Positions 62,779 through 64,000 of a DNA stretch of 64,000 bases are shown piece after piece. The position numbers were made by a program, and so were the translations under genes. Origin of the DNA: Macrostomum lignano. Its lineage: Eukaryota. The notes below the pieces were generated by a model. It ran no database searches, was not told the origin of the DNA, and saw only the letters and a program-made list of their open reading frames with translations. The stretch is taken from positions 80,872 through 144,871 of the forward strand of contig NIVC01002387.1 of the NCBI GenBank assembly GCA_002269645.1, given 5' to 3'. The number at the start of each line of letters is the position of its first letter. The first letter of the stretch is position 1.

Positions 62779-63001
62779 GGATCTCCGCGCCGAGACCTTC
62801 TTCCCGGCCGGCTGCCGCTAGAAAACGCGCGCCAATCTTCGCTGGAACTTCGGCGACGATCCGGCGCAGCCGCTGCGCACCTGCCCGGCGGCCGTGGCGC
62901 CCGGCCGGCTGGCGCCCGTTAACCAACGCACCGATAATCGCGCGCCTGGCGCCTACAATTCATCACGACGTAACTGGCCCGGGCCTGGCGCTTGGCCCTG
63001 A
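62779..63001 (+). CDS. Terminal SPRY exon with an in-frame TAG at 62819-62821
   Basis: ccacctgcag|G (phase 2) gives R-DLRAETFFPAGCR*KTRANLRWNFGDDP, matching the SPRY end motif FFPA...FNFG; next stop TGA at 62999. Confidence 0.7.
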
Positions 63002-63183
63002 CGGCAGCTTCGGCGCAGGGCCGTCTCGGCTTCGGCTGGCAGGGCGTCCGCGCCGCCAAAGGCGTCCGAGCGGTGGCCGGCGCGGCCTGGCCGCTTCTAT
63101 TACGAGCGTTCGTACATGTTTGTGTGCATTTCTGTCTCAAAACTGTGCCGTTAGAGAGGCCTAGAGTAGGATAAATAAATCTG

Positions 63184-64000
63184 AGTAGGGTAGATAGCCT
63201 CACAGTAGGTTAGATAGGCCCACAGTAGGGTAGATAGGCTCACAGTAGGTTAGATAGGCTCACAGTAGGTTAGATAGGCTCACAGTAGGTTAGATAGGCT
63301 CACAGTAGGTTAGATAGGCTCCCAGTAAGGTAGATAGGCTCAGAGTAGAGTAGATAGGCTCCGAGTAGAGTAGATAGGCTCCGAGTAGGGTAGCTAGGCT
63401 CCGAGTAGAGTAGCTAGGCTCCGAGTAGGGTAGATGGCTCGAGTAGAGTAGATAGGCTCCGAGTAGAGTAGATAGGCTCCGAGTAGAGTAGATAGGCTCC
63501 GAGTAGGTAGATTGTTCCGAGTAGAGTAGCTAGACTCCGAGTAGGGTAGATGGCTCCGAGTAGAGTAGATAGGCTCTGGGAGTAGGGTAGCTAGGCTCGA
63601 ATAGGGTAGATGGCTCCGAGTAGAGTAGATAGGCTCCGAGTAGAGTAGATAGGCTCCGAGTAGGGTAGATAGGCTCCGAGTAGAGTAGATAGGCTCAGAG
63701 TAGGGTAGATAGGCTCCGAGTAGAGTAGCTAGGCTCCGAGTAGAGTAGCTAGGCTCCGAGTAGAGTAGCTAGGCTCCGAGTAGAGTAGATAGGCTCCGAG
63801 TAGAGTAGATGGCTCCGAGTAGAGTAGATAGGCTCCGAGTAGAGTAGATAGGCTCCGAGTAGAGTAGATAGGCTCCGAGTAGAGTAGCTAGGCTCCGAGT
63901 AGAGTAGATAGGCTCCGAGTAGAGTAGATAGGCTCCGAGTAGGGTAGATAGGCTCCGAGTAGGGTAGATAGGCTCCGAGTAGAGTAGATAGGCTCCGAGT
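63184..64000 (+). repeat. 20-bp minisatellite (GTAGATAGGCTCCGAGTAGA)n, runs off the right edge
   Basis: About 40 copies. Confidence 0.95.

Overview
Eukaryotic (metazoan) genomic DNA with GC-rich exons, AT-rich spacers and many intronic micro/minisatellites. The overall style resembles the flatworm Macrostomum lignano, which is an inference and not provable from the window. In order: (1) the 5' two coding exons of Mind bomb 1 (MIB1, minus strand, continues off the left edge); (2) a CNPase-type 2H phosphodiesterase exon, head-to-head with MIB1; (3) an internally deleted THAP/P-like DNA transposon with bipartite inverted repeats; (4) a 5-exon, ~880-aa Mab-21/cGAS-like receptor gene (10719-15484) that the ORF track splits into pieces and whose catalytic DxD appears replaced; (5) two phase-compatible orphan exons; (6) a 2-TM ORF and an F-box/LRR gene (minus); (7) a full-length, young Ty3/Gypsy LTR retrotransposon (26352-35625; 452-bp LTRs, ATTT TSD, tRNA-Gln PBS) whose Gag carries a cold-shock domain after the CCHC knuckle; (8) a ~20-kb multi-exon protein 4.1-type FERM gene that appears to splice in frame to a DDX1-type SPRY domain. 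About 20 distinct tandem arrays are present, and most long ORFs in the track are translation artefacts of them. Exon models and family assignments were made by eye (splice consensus, phase and remembered family motifs); no database search was run.
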